DNA of 63,566 bases. Origin: Octopus bimaculoides (taxonomy: Eukaryota). The notes beneath the pieces are model-generated. The model did no database searches. It had not been told where the DNA came from and saw only the letters and a list, made by a program, of their open reading frames with translations. The stretch spans positions 116,700,022-116,763,587 of the forward strand of contig NC_068984.1 of assembly GCF_001194135.2 (NCBI RefSeq). Reading direction: 5' to 3'. How positions within the stretch are numbered: position 1 is the first letter of the stretch; each line of letters begins with the position of its first letter. The translations under genes were made by a program, and so were the position numbers. Positions 37,432-49,893 of the stretch are shown here, in pieces.

Positions 37432-37872
37432 CACTGGTTTCAAGTTTTGGCACATAGTCAGAAACTTCGTGGGGAGGGATAAGTCGATTACATCAACTGC
37501 AGTGTTCAGCTGGTACTTATCGATCCTGAAAGGATGAAAGGAAAGTCGACCTCTGCGGAACTTGAAACTCAGCACGTAAAGACGGGCGTAATGCTGCTAA
37601 CCATTCAGTCTACCCACCGGCTTATTTCTGCTAGTAATATTACAACTGATACCAAAGCAGCAAGCTGGCAGAATCATTAGCACCCATCCGGGCAAAATGC
37701 TAACCGGTATTTTCTCTGTCTTTGGCGTTCTGAGTTCAAATTCCACAGAGGTCGACTTTGCCTTTCATTCTTTCGGGTCGATAAAATAAGTACGAGTTGA
37801 ACGCTTGTTGCAATCAGCTTAACCCCCTCCCATCAAAATTGCTGGCCTTGTGCCAAAAATTTGTAAACCAAT
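37432..37872. mobile_element. two SINE family C copies, head to head (37432-37625 minus, 37655-37872 plus)
   Basis: Family C cores in opposite orientations. Confidence 0.75.
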
Positions 37873-38084
37873 ATTACAATTGATGCCTTGCTCAAGAAAT
37901 ATCATGTCAGTAAACTAGATGTGTAGCTAATATCCGACGTGCCTAGGGAAAAATCAATAAATGATTTCATTAAAACCAGTATTCTAATAGCCCTGAATGG
38001 TTTCTATTACGGTACTTAAACTTGTTAATCGGAATAACTGCAATTTACTTTTAAGAAAAAAATTAATTATCTGTCTTTTAGTAG

Positions 38085-38868
38085 TTTCAAACATTTGACT
38101 GTGATCATGCTGGAGCACCGCCATGAAGGGTCTTAGTCGAACAGATAGACCCTAAACTTTTTTTAAAGCCTGGTACTCATTCTATCGGTCTCTTTTCCCG
38201 AACTGTTACAGGGATGTAAACATACAAACACCGGTTTTCAAGCAGTGGTGGGGGACAAACACAGACACAAAGACACATTAATATATGTATAGATAAGCGC
38301 AGGAGTGGCTGTGTGGTAAGTAGCTTGCTTACCAACCACATTGTTCCGGGTTCAATCCCACTGCATGGCATCTTGGGCAACGGGCCGACCAAAGCCTTGT
38401 GAGTGGATTTGGTAGACGGAAACTAAAAGAAGCCTGTCGTATNNNNNNNNNNNNNNNNNNNNNNNNNNNNNNNNNNNNNNNNNNNNNNNNNNNNNNNNNN
38501 NNTGTGTGTGTGTGTGTGTTTGTCCCCCATCATCGTTTGACAACCGATGTTGGGATGTTTACCTCCTCGTAACTTAGCGGTTCGGCAAAAGAGTCTGATA
38601 GAATAAGTACTAGGCTTACAAAGAATAAGTCCAGGGGTCGATTTGTTCAAAGGTGGTGCTCCAGCATGGCCGCAGCCAAATGACTGAAACAAATAAAAGA
38701 ATATATATACGACGGGCTTCTTTCGGTTTCCGTTTACCAAATCCACCCACAAGGCTTTGGTCGGCCCGAGTCTATAGTAGCAGGCACTTGCCCAGCATGC
38801 CGCGCAGAGGGACTGAACCCAGAACCATGTGGCTGGAAGCAAACTTCTTACCATATAGCCACGCCTGA
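38085..38868. mobile_element. nested SINE family B: plus copy (38296-38700) inside the microsatellite of a minus copy
   Basis: Minus 3' half 38085-38285, complete plus copy, minus 5' half 38700-38868. Confidence 0.8.
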
Positions 38869-38894
38869 TAACAGATTAAAAGGAGTTATATATT

Positions 38895-39115
38895 ATAGTT
38901 TCAAATTTTGGTATATGAACAGCTGTTTTAGGTGAAGGGGTTGAGCCGATTACATCGACTCCAGTACATGACGGGTCATTTATTTTATCTCTTCCAAAAG
39001 GATGGAAGACAAAATTGATCATGGCGAAATTTGAGCACAGAACGTAAAAAGCCTGATAAAATGTTCGTTTTCCCTTTTGTCCGACGCCTTAACGTATCTG
39101 CCTGCTCACCGCTTT
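38895..39115 (-). mobile_element. SINE family C (diverged)
   Basis: GATTACATCGACTCCAGTAC..GGCGAAATTTGAGC. Confidence 0.6.
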
Positions 39116-39587
39116 AAAGAAGTTATAATAAGATAATAGAGTGACGCCGTTGGTAAGATAGGTTAGGAAAAGTAAACGAGGAAGATGAAAGAAATTAAAT
39201 TAAAATAAAATAAAACAAGATAAAATACAATAAATAGTAGTAGAGTTCTAGGAAGTATTCGGAGGCTTAATTTTTCCATTATAGGTTTATGGTCATAAAA
39301 GTTTTAATGGTCTATGAATGTAAGAGATACAACAACACATGAAAGTAGTTACATATACTTTATCATAAAATACAATGAAGCAAGCATTAATGTAAAGCAA
39401 TGTAAAACTGTGCAAACATTTGTTGAAATAGAATCACTATAATTATATGGAACTCTAAATGAAACGCTTTGTTCTTCTGCCAGTTATGGGTTATTTTTAT
39501 GTGTAATTTCGAGCATTTTAAAACAACATTTCTTAATTTTAATAATTCGAACGTGTGTATAGTACAGGTGCAAGAAAAAATATAAAC

Positions 39588-39696
39588 TGCCAGATTCGCC
39601 ATTTTTGATGAACGTTTCAATAGCATACGCATGATGTGCACAGGTCCAAACTATGATGAATAAAACACAAAGAATAAAGCTACATGAAGGCTCCAT
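39588..39696 (-). CDS. candidate first coding exon encoding a signal peptide
   Basis: gaaATGG start context; MEPSCSFILCVLFIIVWTCAHHAYA-IETFIKNGESG has a hydrophobic core and an A-Y-A cleavage motif; phase-1 donor GGCA|GTTTAT is weak. Confidence 0.4.
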
Positions 39697-41126
39697 TTCC
39701 ACCTGCTTAACTTCACTAACACTACACCAACGGCTGGGTAAAATATGGTAGATTTTTCTGCTGCAATCTGTATAATCGAAATTTGATTTCCATTTGCTTA
39801 TGTTCAATGATGAGTGAGACAAAAGCCAATAGTCTTTCTAGATTCATTGAATCTCTCAAATATAATAAGATTACTTCCAACATGCCGAAAGATTACTCAC
39901 AACTGTTAACTGATTCTGTAGTAACATTATTACCTAAATATCTATACAACCAGTTTGAAATTTTGAGAAAATAAAATCCTCGTACTAAGGTAGAAACTCA
40001 AGGAGTTCTCCGGTTTTAGGAAGCTGAATGTTTAGGCGATTCGTCAGAAGCATTATACAATCCAAGATATATGTATGCCGAAAGATTGTCTTAACCCGTT
40101 TGCCTTCGGACAGTTGATTTCTGTAGTTATTATCAGTGTATTTTGGCGATTTAAATAAGAATTTTGACTGTTATTTCCAGCAGGTAGACATACTTATTAT
40201 GTCCTTTGATTAATTTTAATCCTTCAGCTATTAATGATTTTGTGGGGCCTGCAATCATCTAAATTATTGATTCTGTTATTATCATTTTAAAATTATTACA
40301 CTAGATAATAACAAATTATTTTTTCGCGAATTATTTTTCTCGTGAATTATTTGGTCCCTATTAAAATTATATATNNNNNNNNNNNNNNNNNNNNNNNNNN
40401 NNNNNNNNNNNNNNNNNNNNNNNNNNNNNNNNNNNNNNNNNNNNNNNNNNNNNNNNNNNNNNNNNNNNNNNNNNNNNNNNNNNNNNNNNNNNNNNNNNNN
40501 NNNNNNNNNNNNNNNNNNNNNNNNNNNNNNNNNNNNNNNNNNNNNNNNNNNNNNNNNNNNNNNNNNNNNNNNNNNNNNNNNNNNNNNNNNNNNNNNNNNN
40601 NNNNNNNNNNNNNNNNNNNNNNNNNNNNNNNNNNNNNNNNNNNNNNNNNNNNNNNNNNNNNNNNNNNNNNNNNNNNNNNNNNNNNNNNNNNNNNNNNNNN
40701 NNNNNNNNNNNNNNNNNNNNNNNNNNNNNNNNNNNNNNNNNNNNNNNNNNNNNNNNNNNNNNNNNNNNNNNNNNNNNNNNNNNNNNNNNNNNNNNNNNNN
40801 NNNNNNNNNNNNNNNNNNNNNNNNNNNNNNNNNNNNNNNNNNNNNNNNNNNNNNNNNNNNNNNNNNNNNNNNNNNNNNNNNNNNNNNNNNNNNNNNNNNN
40901 NNNNNNNNNNNNNNNNNNNNNNNNNNNNNNNNNNNNNNNNNNNNNNNNNNNNNNNNNNNNNNNNNNNNNNNNNNNNNNNNNNNNNNNNNNNNNNNNNNNN
41001 NNNNNNNNNNNNNNNNNNNNNNNNNNNNNNNNNNNNNNNNNNNNNNNNNNNNNNNNNNNNNNNNNNNNNNNNNNNNNNNNNNATATATATATATATACAC
41101 ACACACATATATATATATATATATAC

Positions 41127-41161
<35 letters not shown>

Positions 41162-41479
41162 TGTTTGTATGTATGCATGTATGCTTGCATGCATGTGTGT
41201 ATGTATGTATGTATGTATGTATGCATGCATGTGTGTATGTATGTATGTATGTATGCATGCATGTATGTATGTATGTATGTATGTATGTATGTATGTATGT
41301 ACGTATGTATGTATTCATCGGATCTTTATTCTATGAAATTATTGATATTAGCTATTCACATAATTCTTAGTTTTCTTCGTTTTTTCCCAGGTATTTCTAG
41401 TGTTGTTTCTATACATTCACGGTATTTATAAGTCTATCTAATTCATAATATTACTCATCCACACAATACTGCGTATTCT

Positions 41480-42430
41480 CCTATCTCTTTTTCCCATGGC
41501 TTTGCTGAGCTGTTCCTGTACATCCACTGTATTTTAGTCTGCCTAATTCTTGATGTTACCTATTCTCATAATCCTTGCCCCACCCCACCTCTTCCTCTTA
41601 TCCCATTCAATTCGGCTTCCATTTGCGGCCTCTGTAATCTATCTTTTCTAATTAAATATCTCCCTTTGATGGTGTCGAATAATAATTTTGTTCTTAGTTA
41701 TTTTCGTCATTCTTAGTACTTCATCATTGGTTTTATATTCTTTTACAATCAGCCATAACAACTGCAACGTCATATTATTGAAGTTGATAGCCTTTTTTTA
41801 TGGTATTTCCTCTTTTATAAGTTTGTTCCAGTATCCTTTCTTTCTTATTGGATAAAATTCAAGATACTCAAACACATGTAATCCCTCAAACGGTCACAGT
41901 TATTACAAAGGATATAATTATTTCGTTATAATTCGAAACAGGATTAGAAATTTGAAATTAAGGAATTTTAAGGAAAAAGATGCATAGAAAATACTCTATT
42001 GTTAGAATTGCTTTTTAAAAGGAAGCCCATAATAACGTAATAAACTGCTTCATATCATTTGATCTTTAAGTGCTTGTACTCTGGCAGAATCAAATATAAG
42101 GTCAAATTATCTGGCCTTATAAATTCTATGAAGCAATTTCTGGTAAACAGGAAAGGCTATCAGCTAAACAATTATGCTGCACTAAAGGTGATAAATATGA
42201 TACTCTTCGAAGAATCCTATTCTATGTTAGTGAAAATTTGCTCATAGATTCAATAACCTCCTAAATTTTCTAAGATCACTTTTCTTTTCCTGTCAATTGA
42301 TCTATTTTCTTTTTATGATCACGCAATGCAAGGTTTTTAATGGCTAAGAATTGTGTGCACTGCAATGGAGAATTCTACGAATAACAACTCGCTATTTTGT
42401 TTTTCTTATACAACTTGAGCTTCGAACACC
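41480..42430 (-). mobile_element. decayed RTE-clade LINE (RT to C-terminus)
   Basis: LFVEFSIAVHTI.. (RT motif-like, weak), KTNDEVLRMT, LIRKDRLQRPQMEAELNGIRGRG, RIMRIGNIKN. Confidence 0.55.
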
Positions 42431-42978
42431 ATATCAGTGATAGTAAACCTATGATATGTATGTCAGCAGTGACATGCCGTGGGCTTTTAGGTAATATATG
42501 AAGGATGTTGAAAAAATATCTCCCTGCAATATGATGTTATTAAAAAACTTATCTACAAGCATTTACCTAAAACAAAAAGTACTGGATAACATGTAAGTGA
42601 CGCTCCAATACCGGGATTATGGAAATTATAACTTTTCTACCCACCAGGATAAAAATTCTTATCTTAATTGATCTCTATCAATTATCGTCTACATTCAGTG
42701 CAATTTCCCTGCATAGGCATCCGAATTTCGGGGTTTTATCATGGCTACTGAATAAGTGTCACATATTTTTACAGATAAATTCCTCTATTTGCATAATATC
42801 GAGGTCTCTTTCTTTCTTTTGTTGTCCTTCCTGTCAAATATATATATGTATATATATATTTATATACACATATATACATATATATATATTTATATATATA
42901 NNNNNNNNNNNNNNNNNNNNNNNNNNNNNNNNNNNNNNNNNNNNNNNNNNNNNNNNNNNNNNNNNNNNNNNNNNNNNN

Positions 42979-43830
42979 GGTTATTCTAACTCCTCCGACA
43001 CCACCCAACCGATTTTAATGATTTTTGGCACATAGGTAGACCACATGCTCTGAAGTTCAAATAAGGCCGGAAGTTTTCGAAAACTCGATAATGCTCAGTT
43101 GGCATCGATTTTTGTGAGCTCAATCGGGCGTTTGAATGGAAATTCCCATAACGATGTTATTTTTCCTGCACCTTTTGCATTTTTTGTCCGATTTTGATGA
43201 AAATCGATGTGTGAGTGAGTTGATGTCAGTATATGGCGTTGACAAAAAAATAGATAACATCGCCTGAGCAGTGGTTTTACAAAATCAATAGGCTTTTTGC
43301 GTGAAAATACTCATAGGAATTTTATTTTTGGCCGTAACTTTATATTTTTTATAAGATTTTAATGAAATTTGAGATGTAGGTAAATTTTGTGGTGGGAGAG
43401 ACGGCAAAGGCGTTTATTTAATTCAAAAGGGCTTGCAAATGGCACAAATGCAAATAAGCCTTTCTTTAGAGGCGTTCTCATCGATTTTGTAAAAATTTTA
43501 CACGTGATTACAGTTCATGTCCATTAGTTGATGCCAGCATGAAGAGTTGACAAAAATCGATAATTGTGCGTGAGCGGGTGATTTTAAGAAATCAATAGGC
43601 CTTTTGTATGCAATTACCCACAGGTTTAATATTTTATGCTGTAACTTTTACAGAATTCATCTGATTTTCATGAAATTTGACATTTATATAAACTTTATGG
43701 TTGGAGTGATGTAGTAGAATTAAAATTAAATTGGTGAAAGGCAGAAACCGTCAAAATTCGCTCACAATAAAATAATGAACTGATTCTTTAGAAAATTGAC
43801 CCATGAGTAAAGTTAAGCACTTCGACATAT
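42979..43830. repeat. diverged ~150/310-bp tandem-like repeat, Helentron/HINE-like
   Basis: Recurrent (CC)GATTTT(A/G/C)ATGAAATTTG-like motifs at ~43009, 43189, 43352, 43481 and 43660; two ~308-bp units sharing GTTGACAAAAA..AAATCAATAGGC..GTAACTTT. Confidence 0.5.
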
Positions 43831-44399
43831 NNNNNNNNNNNNNNNNNNNNNNNNNNNNNNNNNNNNNNNNNNNNNNNNNNNNNNNNNNNNNNNNNNNNNN
43901 NNNNNNNNNNNNNNNNNNNNNNNNNNNNNNNNNNNNNNNNNNNNNNNNNNNNNNNNNNNNNNNNNNNNNNNNNNNNNNNNNNNNNNNNNNNNNNNNNNNN
44001 NNNNNNNNNNNNNNNNNNNNNNNNNNNNNNNNNNNNNNNNNNNNNNNNNNNNNNNNNNNNNNNNNNNNNNNNNNNNNNNNNNNNNNNNNNNNNNNNNNNN
44101 NNNNNNNNNNNNNNNNNNNNNNNNNNNNNNNNNNNNNNNNNNNNNNNNNNNNNNNNNNNNNNNNNNNNNNNNNNNNNNNNNNNNNNNNNNNNNNNNNNNN
44201 NNNNNNNNNNNNNNNNNNNNNNNNNNNNNNNNNNNNNNNNNNNNNNNNATATGCATTTATATATCTATGTATTTATATATATATATTTTTTTTTTATAGT
44301 TTCAGCTCAGATCTGTGGCCATGCTGAAGCACTGCCATTTTGCTAAACTGTTATTACAGAGACCCTGCTTTAATATGTGGTTCTTGGTGAAGAATGGAG

Positions 44400-46070
44400 T
44401 TTGATGTAACTACCCTCATTTGCACCTCTTACCGTGAGGGAGGTTCATTTGGGAATCTTGACAGGAGAGGTCCAGCCTTGATTTTAAAATGCCTACATCT
44501 ACTTTGTGCAGGTTCCTGAGGCTTTTTAAGAGAATACTAAAAAGCTGTATGCCCCTGAAACCCAGGCTGTTGCAGTAACTGTCCTGAACGGTGATGGCAT
44601 TGCTGGGATCTTTGGCACTGTGCAGTTTCGACACATTCTGGCATTGGTATAGCTTTCAATGCCAAAATTTGGCACAATTCCTTCCAGGATCTTCCAGATG
44701 TATATTCCTGCATACCTCTTCCGTCTTCGCTCCAGGGAGTAGAGTCTTAGCTGTTTCAGCCTTTCTCAGTAGCAGAGCTGTTGCAAAGAGACGATCTTCT
44801 TTGTGAATCTTCGCTGGATTGCTTCAAGGACCGCTGTTAATTTTACACTGTTGGGTGACCATAGCTGGGAGCAGTAATCCAGTCGGCTGGGGACGAACGT
44901 CCTCCAGAGGACCATCATGGTTTCCTTATCTCTGGTTCTGAATGTTCTCAGGATCCAGCCAGCCAGCCAGCCAGCCAGTCAGTCGTCTGCACTTTGTCGC
45001 CTTCCTGGTAATGTCCACTTGGAAAGAGGTATCATCAGTCATGTCGATACACAAGTCCCTCACTGATTTAGGCTCTGGAATTGTAATTCCCTGTGGACCA
45101 GTGTACCTTGTAAATTTCATATTCAGTTTTGGACGCTGGTAGCGTAGGGCTTGGAATTTTTCAGTATTAAACTGCATATTATTATCCTCAGCCCATCTGT
45201 AAATTGCGTCCAACTCCTGCTGAAGATGTGCAATATCGCGGGGGTTCTGTATTTTCTGCGAGACTTTCGTATCGCCTGCGTAGCTAGCAAGGGTGGCTAT
45301 CTGGGCAGCTGAGGGCATATCTGAGAGAGCCACTATGAAAAGCAGTAGTCCCAAAATAGTGCCCCGTGGAACACCGCTCACTATTTGTGTTTTCGTAGAG
45401 GTGGCTCCATTGGCCACTACTGCCTTACTTCTGTCTTTCAGAAAGTCATGTAACCACTCTCCAAGTTTTTCAGCTATGCCGAGATAACGCAGTTTGTGGC
45501 ATATCATACAATGATCCACTTTGTCAAAGGCTTTTGCAAAATCAAGGTATATTACATTCACATTTGAGTTATTGAGTAACTGCCTCAACACCCATTCATA
45601 ATGTTGTAAGAGCTGAGTCAAGCAGCTCCTACCTGGTCGAAAGCCATGCTGGGAATCATTCAGCAAGTTATTTTCTTCAAAGAATGCGGTTAGTTTACCT
45701 CTGACAATCCGTTCCATGACTTTGCTGATGTGTGAAGTCAAAGAGATAGACCTATAGATTTGGCATCTGCTCTGCATCCCCCTTTATGTATTGGGCATAT
45801 TATTCCCTCCTTCAGCTTGCTTGGCAGTCTGGCATTTGCAAAAAAGCTCTGGAAGAGAATCTGTAGGGGTTTAGCTAGGCCACGCTTACACTATTTGAGG
45901 AGGATTGCTGGGAAACCATCAGGACCAGCAGCCGAATTTGCGTCCACCTCATCTATGGCTAGTAGTATATCTTCTTCGCTAATGTCGATGTTTTCCATCG
46001 AAACTGCCTCGCTGGTGATAGGTGAGGCGGCAAAGAAGTCCACTAGTTCGTTCACTTGTCTGTGTTCCAA
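44400..46070 (-). mobile_element. 5'-truncated CR1/L2-group LINE (RT pseudogene)
   Basis: NSAAGPDGFPAILLK; YRSISLTSHISKVMERIV..QHGFRPGRSCLTQLL..VIYLDFAKAFDKVDH..SGVPRGTILG..YAGDTK (catalytic YADD mutated); LEAIQRRFTK..YSLERRR. Confidence 0.9.
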
Positions 46071-46097
46071 CGTGGTGGTATATATATATATATATAT

Positions 46098-46354
46098 ATG
46101 TAGAAGGTTGAAAAGGAACACACGAGTTGATATACATGGAAAAAAGTCAAGGTAGAAAATGCTAAAATAATTTTACATAAAACTTTTCAGTGCCGGTTTC
46201 AATCATTGAGACTTCTTCAACTGTAAGCATTGAAAACAATTAAATTTTGGAAAAATTAAAATAAAAGTTTTTTAAAAGAATAACACAAGTACACACGCAA
46301 CGAAAGACACAAATGGAAAACAAAACAAACAACATAAAGAACGACCCTTCATCA
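46098..46354 (-). mobile_element. Penelope-like terminal fragment carrying hammerhead H4
   Basis: TGATGAAGG + T-rich linker + hammerhead motif + ~90 nt ending at (TA)n; family assignment is inference. Confidence 0.5.
46185..46226 (-). ncRNA. minimal type I hammerhead-like motif H4 (degenerate)
   Basis: TTACAG TTGAAGA AGTC-TCAAT-GATT GAAAC-CG-GCA|CTGAAA: C3>T, U16.1>C, stem I 5/6 paired. Confidence 0.55.
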
Positions 46355-47702
46355 NNNNNNNNNNNNNNNNNNNNNNNNNNNNNNNNNNNNNNNNNNNNNN
46401 NNNNNNNNNNNNNNNNNNNNNNNNNNNNNNNNNNNNNNNNNNNNNNNNNNNNNNNNNNNNNNNNNNNNNNNNNNNNNNNNNNNNNNNNNNNNNNNNNNNN
46501 NNNNNNNNNNNNNNNNNNNNNNNNNNNNNNNNNNNNNNNNNNNNNNNNNNNNNNNNNNNNNNNNNNNNNNNNNNNNNNNNNNNNNNNNNNNNNNNNNNNN
46601 NNNNNNNNNNNNNNNNNNNNNNNNNNNNNNNNNNNNNNNNNNNNNNNNNNNNNNNNNNNNNNNNNNNNNNNNNNNNNNNNNNNNNNNNNNNNNNNNNNNN
46701 NNNNNNNNNNNNNNNNTGTGCATGTATATGTATATATATATATATTTATTTATTTGTGCCACATCCCTTTCCTGCTTTCAGTGATCGAATCTCCAGTTGT
46801 TGTTTTTTTTTTCCAATGAAGATTGATTTATATTTCGTGAAACAGCAAACAACAAAAATCAAAAACTGTTTTCATTCTAGCAAAAAAAAAAAAAGAAAGA
46901 AAAAAAACGAAATCTTAAAAAAACTGTGTGCAACAAATTTCATATTGACACTCATTTATTGCATTTTTTTCGACCGCCATTTTCATTCATTGATCGGTTT
47001 TGTGTGGGATCAAATAATCCTTTACTGTTTTTAGAAAAATACTTCAAACCTAATGTAACCATTTCTATCCGCATGACATCTGATAAAAATTATATTAATG
47101 ATGTTTACGTCATAATGATTTGGAAACTTCGAGAGATATGAAAATAAATCGTTTTTCACGGTGGAACTCGATGAACCAGAATTGACTTCCAGGAAAGTAG
47201 AAGATACTGATGTTTTATTATCTTAGAAAAGCGAGAAAGCAGCGTAGTATATATTAGACACTGTTCAAACACATGATTTAGATATTAATCTTAATTTGAT
47301 AAAATATCATCAACATAAATAAATCGTTTTTAACGGTAGAACTCGAATTAGACAAAGCTATATATAATGGCATATAGAATACTGCGTTAATGAAAATCAC
47401 TTGGAACGAAAATGTCGACTCTTTCCATCCTAGAGCCTTTTTTAACCCAATATTTTGCACTGTATTATTTATAGCTCTATCTACTTCGAGTTCCACCATT
47501 AAAAAATAATTTATTTCTGTCGATGATATCTTAGCAAATACAAAAAGAAAAAAAAAACAGGTCATGTTACTGAATCGCATCTAGTGTTTTCTATGCTGCT
47601 TGCTGTTTTTTTTTTTTCAATTTTTTTTTCTTTTTTTTTTTCAATATATTTGTATCTTCTACTTCTCTGAAAGCCACTTCTGATTCTTGAAANNNNNNNN
47701 NN

Positions 47703-47767
<65 letters not shown>

Positions 47768-49264
47768 CCTCTCTATCTATCTATCTATACACCAGTTTAC
47801 TACTTGGTAGTACATAGCTTATGGTAGAAACCACTATAGCTTTGCTGCAGTTGTTTCTTACTATCCGTGCTCTATTTGTAACATTCTATGACTCATTCAG
47901 TCGGTATGGGACGTGTAAGATGACTCTTATTTACGAAACGCCTAGATCTTGCGATCAGTATGATCTTTTAGGATTCAATCAGTAGTCAGGTAACCGCCGA
48001 TGCCTGACAGCTGCAAGATAGCTAAAATCCTTTTTTGGCATTTGGAGAACTTCCACAGTACATCTATTGCATTAATATTAGTGGGCGACTAAAACGGTAT
48101 TTTAAACGCACTGAGATTGAATACGACTAGTGCTTATGACGGAGATGNNNNNNNNNNNNNNNNNNNNNNNNNNNNNNNNNNNNNNNNNNNNNNNNNNNNN
48201 NNNNNNNNNNNNNNNNNNNNNNNNNNNNNNNNNNNNNNNNNNNNNNNNNNNNNNNNNNNNNNNNNNNNNNNNNNNNNNNNNNNNNNNNNNNNNNNNNNNN
48301 NNNNNNNNNNNNNNNNNNNNNNNNNNNNNNNNNNNNNNNNNNNNNNNNNNNNNNNNNNNNNNNNNNNNNNNNNNNNNNNNNNNNNNNNNNNNNNNNNNNN
48401 NNNNNNNNNNNNNNNNNNNNNNNNNNNNNNNNNNNNNNNNNNNNNNNNNNNNNNNNNNNNNNNNNNNNNNNNNNNNNNNNNNNNNNNNNNNNNNNNNNNN
48501 NNNNNNNNNNNNNNNNNNNNNNNNNNNNNNNNNNNNNNNNNNNNNNNNNNNNNNNNNNNNNNNNNNNNNNNNNNNNNNNNNNNNNNNNNNNNNNNNNNNN
48601 NNNNNNNNNNNNNNNNNNNNNNNNNNNNNNNNNNNNNNNNNNNNNNNNNNNNNNNNNNNNNNNNNNNNNNNNNNNNNNNNNNNNNNNNNNTAGTGGGCGA
48701 CTAAAACGGTATTTTAAACGCACTGAGATTGAATACGACTAGTGCTTATGACGGAGATGTATAATCGCTTCTTAAATCTGCTCAAATTTTCCCCAAGTTC
48801 TTGACTGATAACGACTAGATTACCTGGGTTTGTCCAAATGAATTTGGAAGAATCAAAGTGGATCGTTCTAATCGTTACCGCTTAATTATGCTACATAATC
48901 TAATCGTTTAAACCGGTGTTTCTGCAGATGGAGTGAAAGCTCTGCAGGTGGAACATGGTAATATTTTGGAGGAGCGTGGGTTAGTTCGACTCGAAGATAT
49001 AAAAGCCGTTCGTGGGTCTCGGTTGACAGAGAGGTGTTGTTAGAACCGAGTTATGTGCGTCTCTCCCGGATTGTGGAGAACGTGTAATATACGACTCAAA
49101 ACGGATCTGTACGACTTTTCAGAAACACAATGTAAAATTTTTCTTCTGCTCGACTGGTAAACAGCTGAGGAAAGACGCTTGTTGTTCTGTGATAAATTAA
49201 ACAAACTATTCAGTTATGCTTTTTTTTTTTTACCTTTTTCTTGTGTCTTTTTTTTTATGTGGAC

Positions 49265-49392
49265 TTGACAGAACCGATAGAGCATCGGATAAAAGTACAT
49301 TGTGGTACTTGCTCTGGCTCTTTACATTCTGAATTCAAATCCTGTCGAGGTCAAATTTGCCTTTCATACTTTCTGGATCGATAAAATAAAAC

Positions 49393-49395
<3 letters not shown>
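49265..49395 (+). mobile_element. SINE family C fragment
   Basis: TTCTGAATTCAAATCCTGTCGAGGTC..GCCTTTCAT..TCGATAAAATAA. Confidence 0.65.
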
Positions 49396-49424
<29 letters not shown>

Positions 49425-49500
49425 CAACCACAACAACACAACCGCTAACGTAACTACCGCTAACGTAACTACCGCTGCCACCATCTACCACTGTTATTTT

Positions 49501-49893
49501 TTGTTTTGTTGTTGGCACTCCGTCGCTTGCGACGTCGAGAGTTCCAGTTGATCCGATCAACGGAACAGCCTGCTCGTGAAATTAACGTGCAAGTGGCTGA
49601 GCACTCCACAGACACGTGTACCTTTAACGTAGTTCTCGGGGAGATTCAGCGTGACACTGAGTGTGACAAGGCTGACCCTTTGAAATACAGGCAGAACAGA
49701 AACAGGAAGTAAAAGTGAGAGAAAGTTGTGGTGAAAGAGTACAGCAGGGTTCTCCACCATCCCCTGCCGGAGCCTCGTGGAGCTTTAGGTGTTTTCGCTC
49801 AATAAACACTCACAACGCCCGGTCTGGGAATCGAAACCGCGATCCTATGACCGCGAGTCCGCTGCCCTAACCGCTAGGCCATTGCGCCTCCAC
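49501..49893 (-). mobile_element. SINE family A, full length
   Basis: Reverse complement of the 36939-37325 copy. Confidence 0.9.
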
